Below are positions 63,834-64,000 of a stretch of 64,000 nt of DNA, one piece after another; position 1 is the stretch's first letter, and every line of letters begins with the position of its first letter. Origin of the DNA: Hydrolagus colliei (taxonomy: Eukaryota); contig CM068755.1 in NCBI GenBank assembly GCA_035084275.1, positions 12,400,001 through 12,464,000 of the forward strand, read 5' to 3'. The notes beneath the pieces are model-generated. The model was not told the origin of the DNA, made no database searches, and saw only the letters and a program-made list of their open reading frames with translations. Both the position numbers and the translations under genes were made by a program.

Positions 63834-64000
63834 TTGCTGAACGCAAATTCAGAGCCCAAATTACCTCGCTTTATATTAGATAAATTCCTCAATTGTTGAA
63901 TGCCATCTACAGCTTTCAAACTATCGAGGTTGTCGAATATGCTTATTTTGTTCATTGGGCATCGAACAATTTCTGTAAATTTCCAAAGCTGAATGCTAAA

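Noticed and set aside
1-64000. Most ORFs in the six-frame track (60-160 aa)
   Set aside because: They are short, often start at non-ATG codons and have no recognisable domain, as expected by chance or from repeats. Only the L2-derived ORFs are real protein remnants.

Overview
AT-rich, CpG-depleted vertebrate genomic DNA with no protein-coding exon, true RNA gene or CRISPR array that I can support. The repeats are a tRNA-headed SINE with an L2-type tail, DeuSINE/SacSINE1-like copies, L2 and CR1 LINE fragments and a Penelope-type end. From recalled consensus sequences (no search run), these point to a cartilaginous fish, possibly a chimaera/elephant shark. The only ORFs with recognisable protein are L2 ORF2 fragments (29564-30208 +, 27662-28150 -). 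Repeat-poor, CpG-retaining blocks rich in transcription-factor motifs (about 10.2-11.5 kb and 59.6-62.1 kb, with weaker ones elsewhere) look like conserved non-coding enhancers, suggesting a gene desert or very large intron of a developmental locus. I found no convincing new multi-gene system. The most interesting observations are: a SINE that looks like a CORE-like/Deu-tail chimera; a covarying 3' stem-loop shared by the SINE and two L2 families; a tail-to-tail SINE pair that lost both tails; an L2 lacking its whole RT domain; a probable homologue of an ancient amniote repeat (MER131-like by recall); a split 40-bp inverted repeat; and a perfect 21-bp hairpin.
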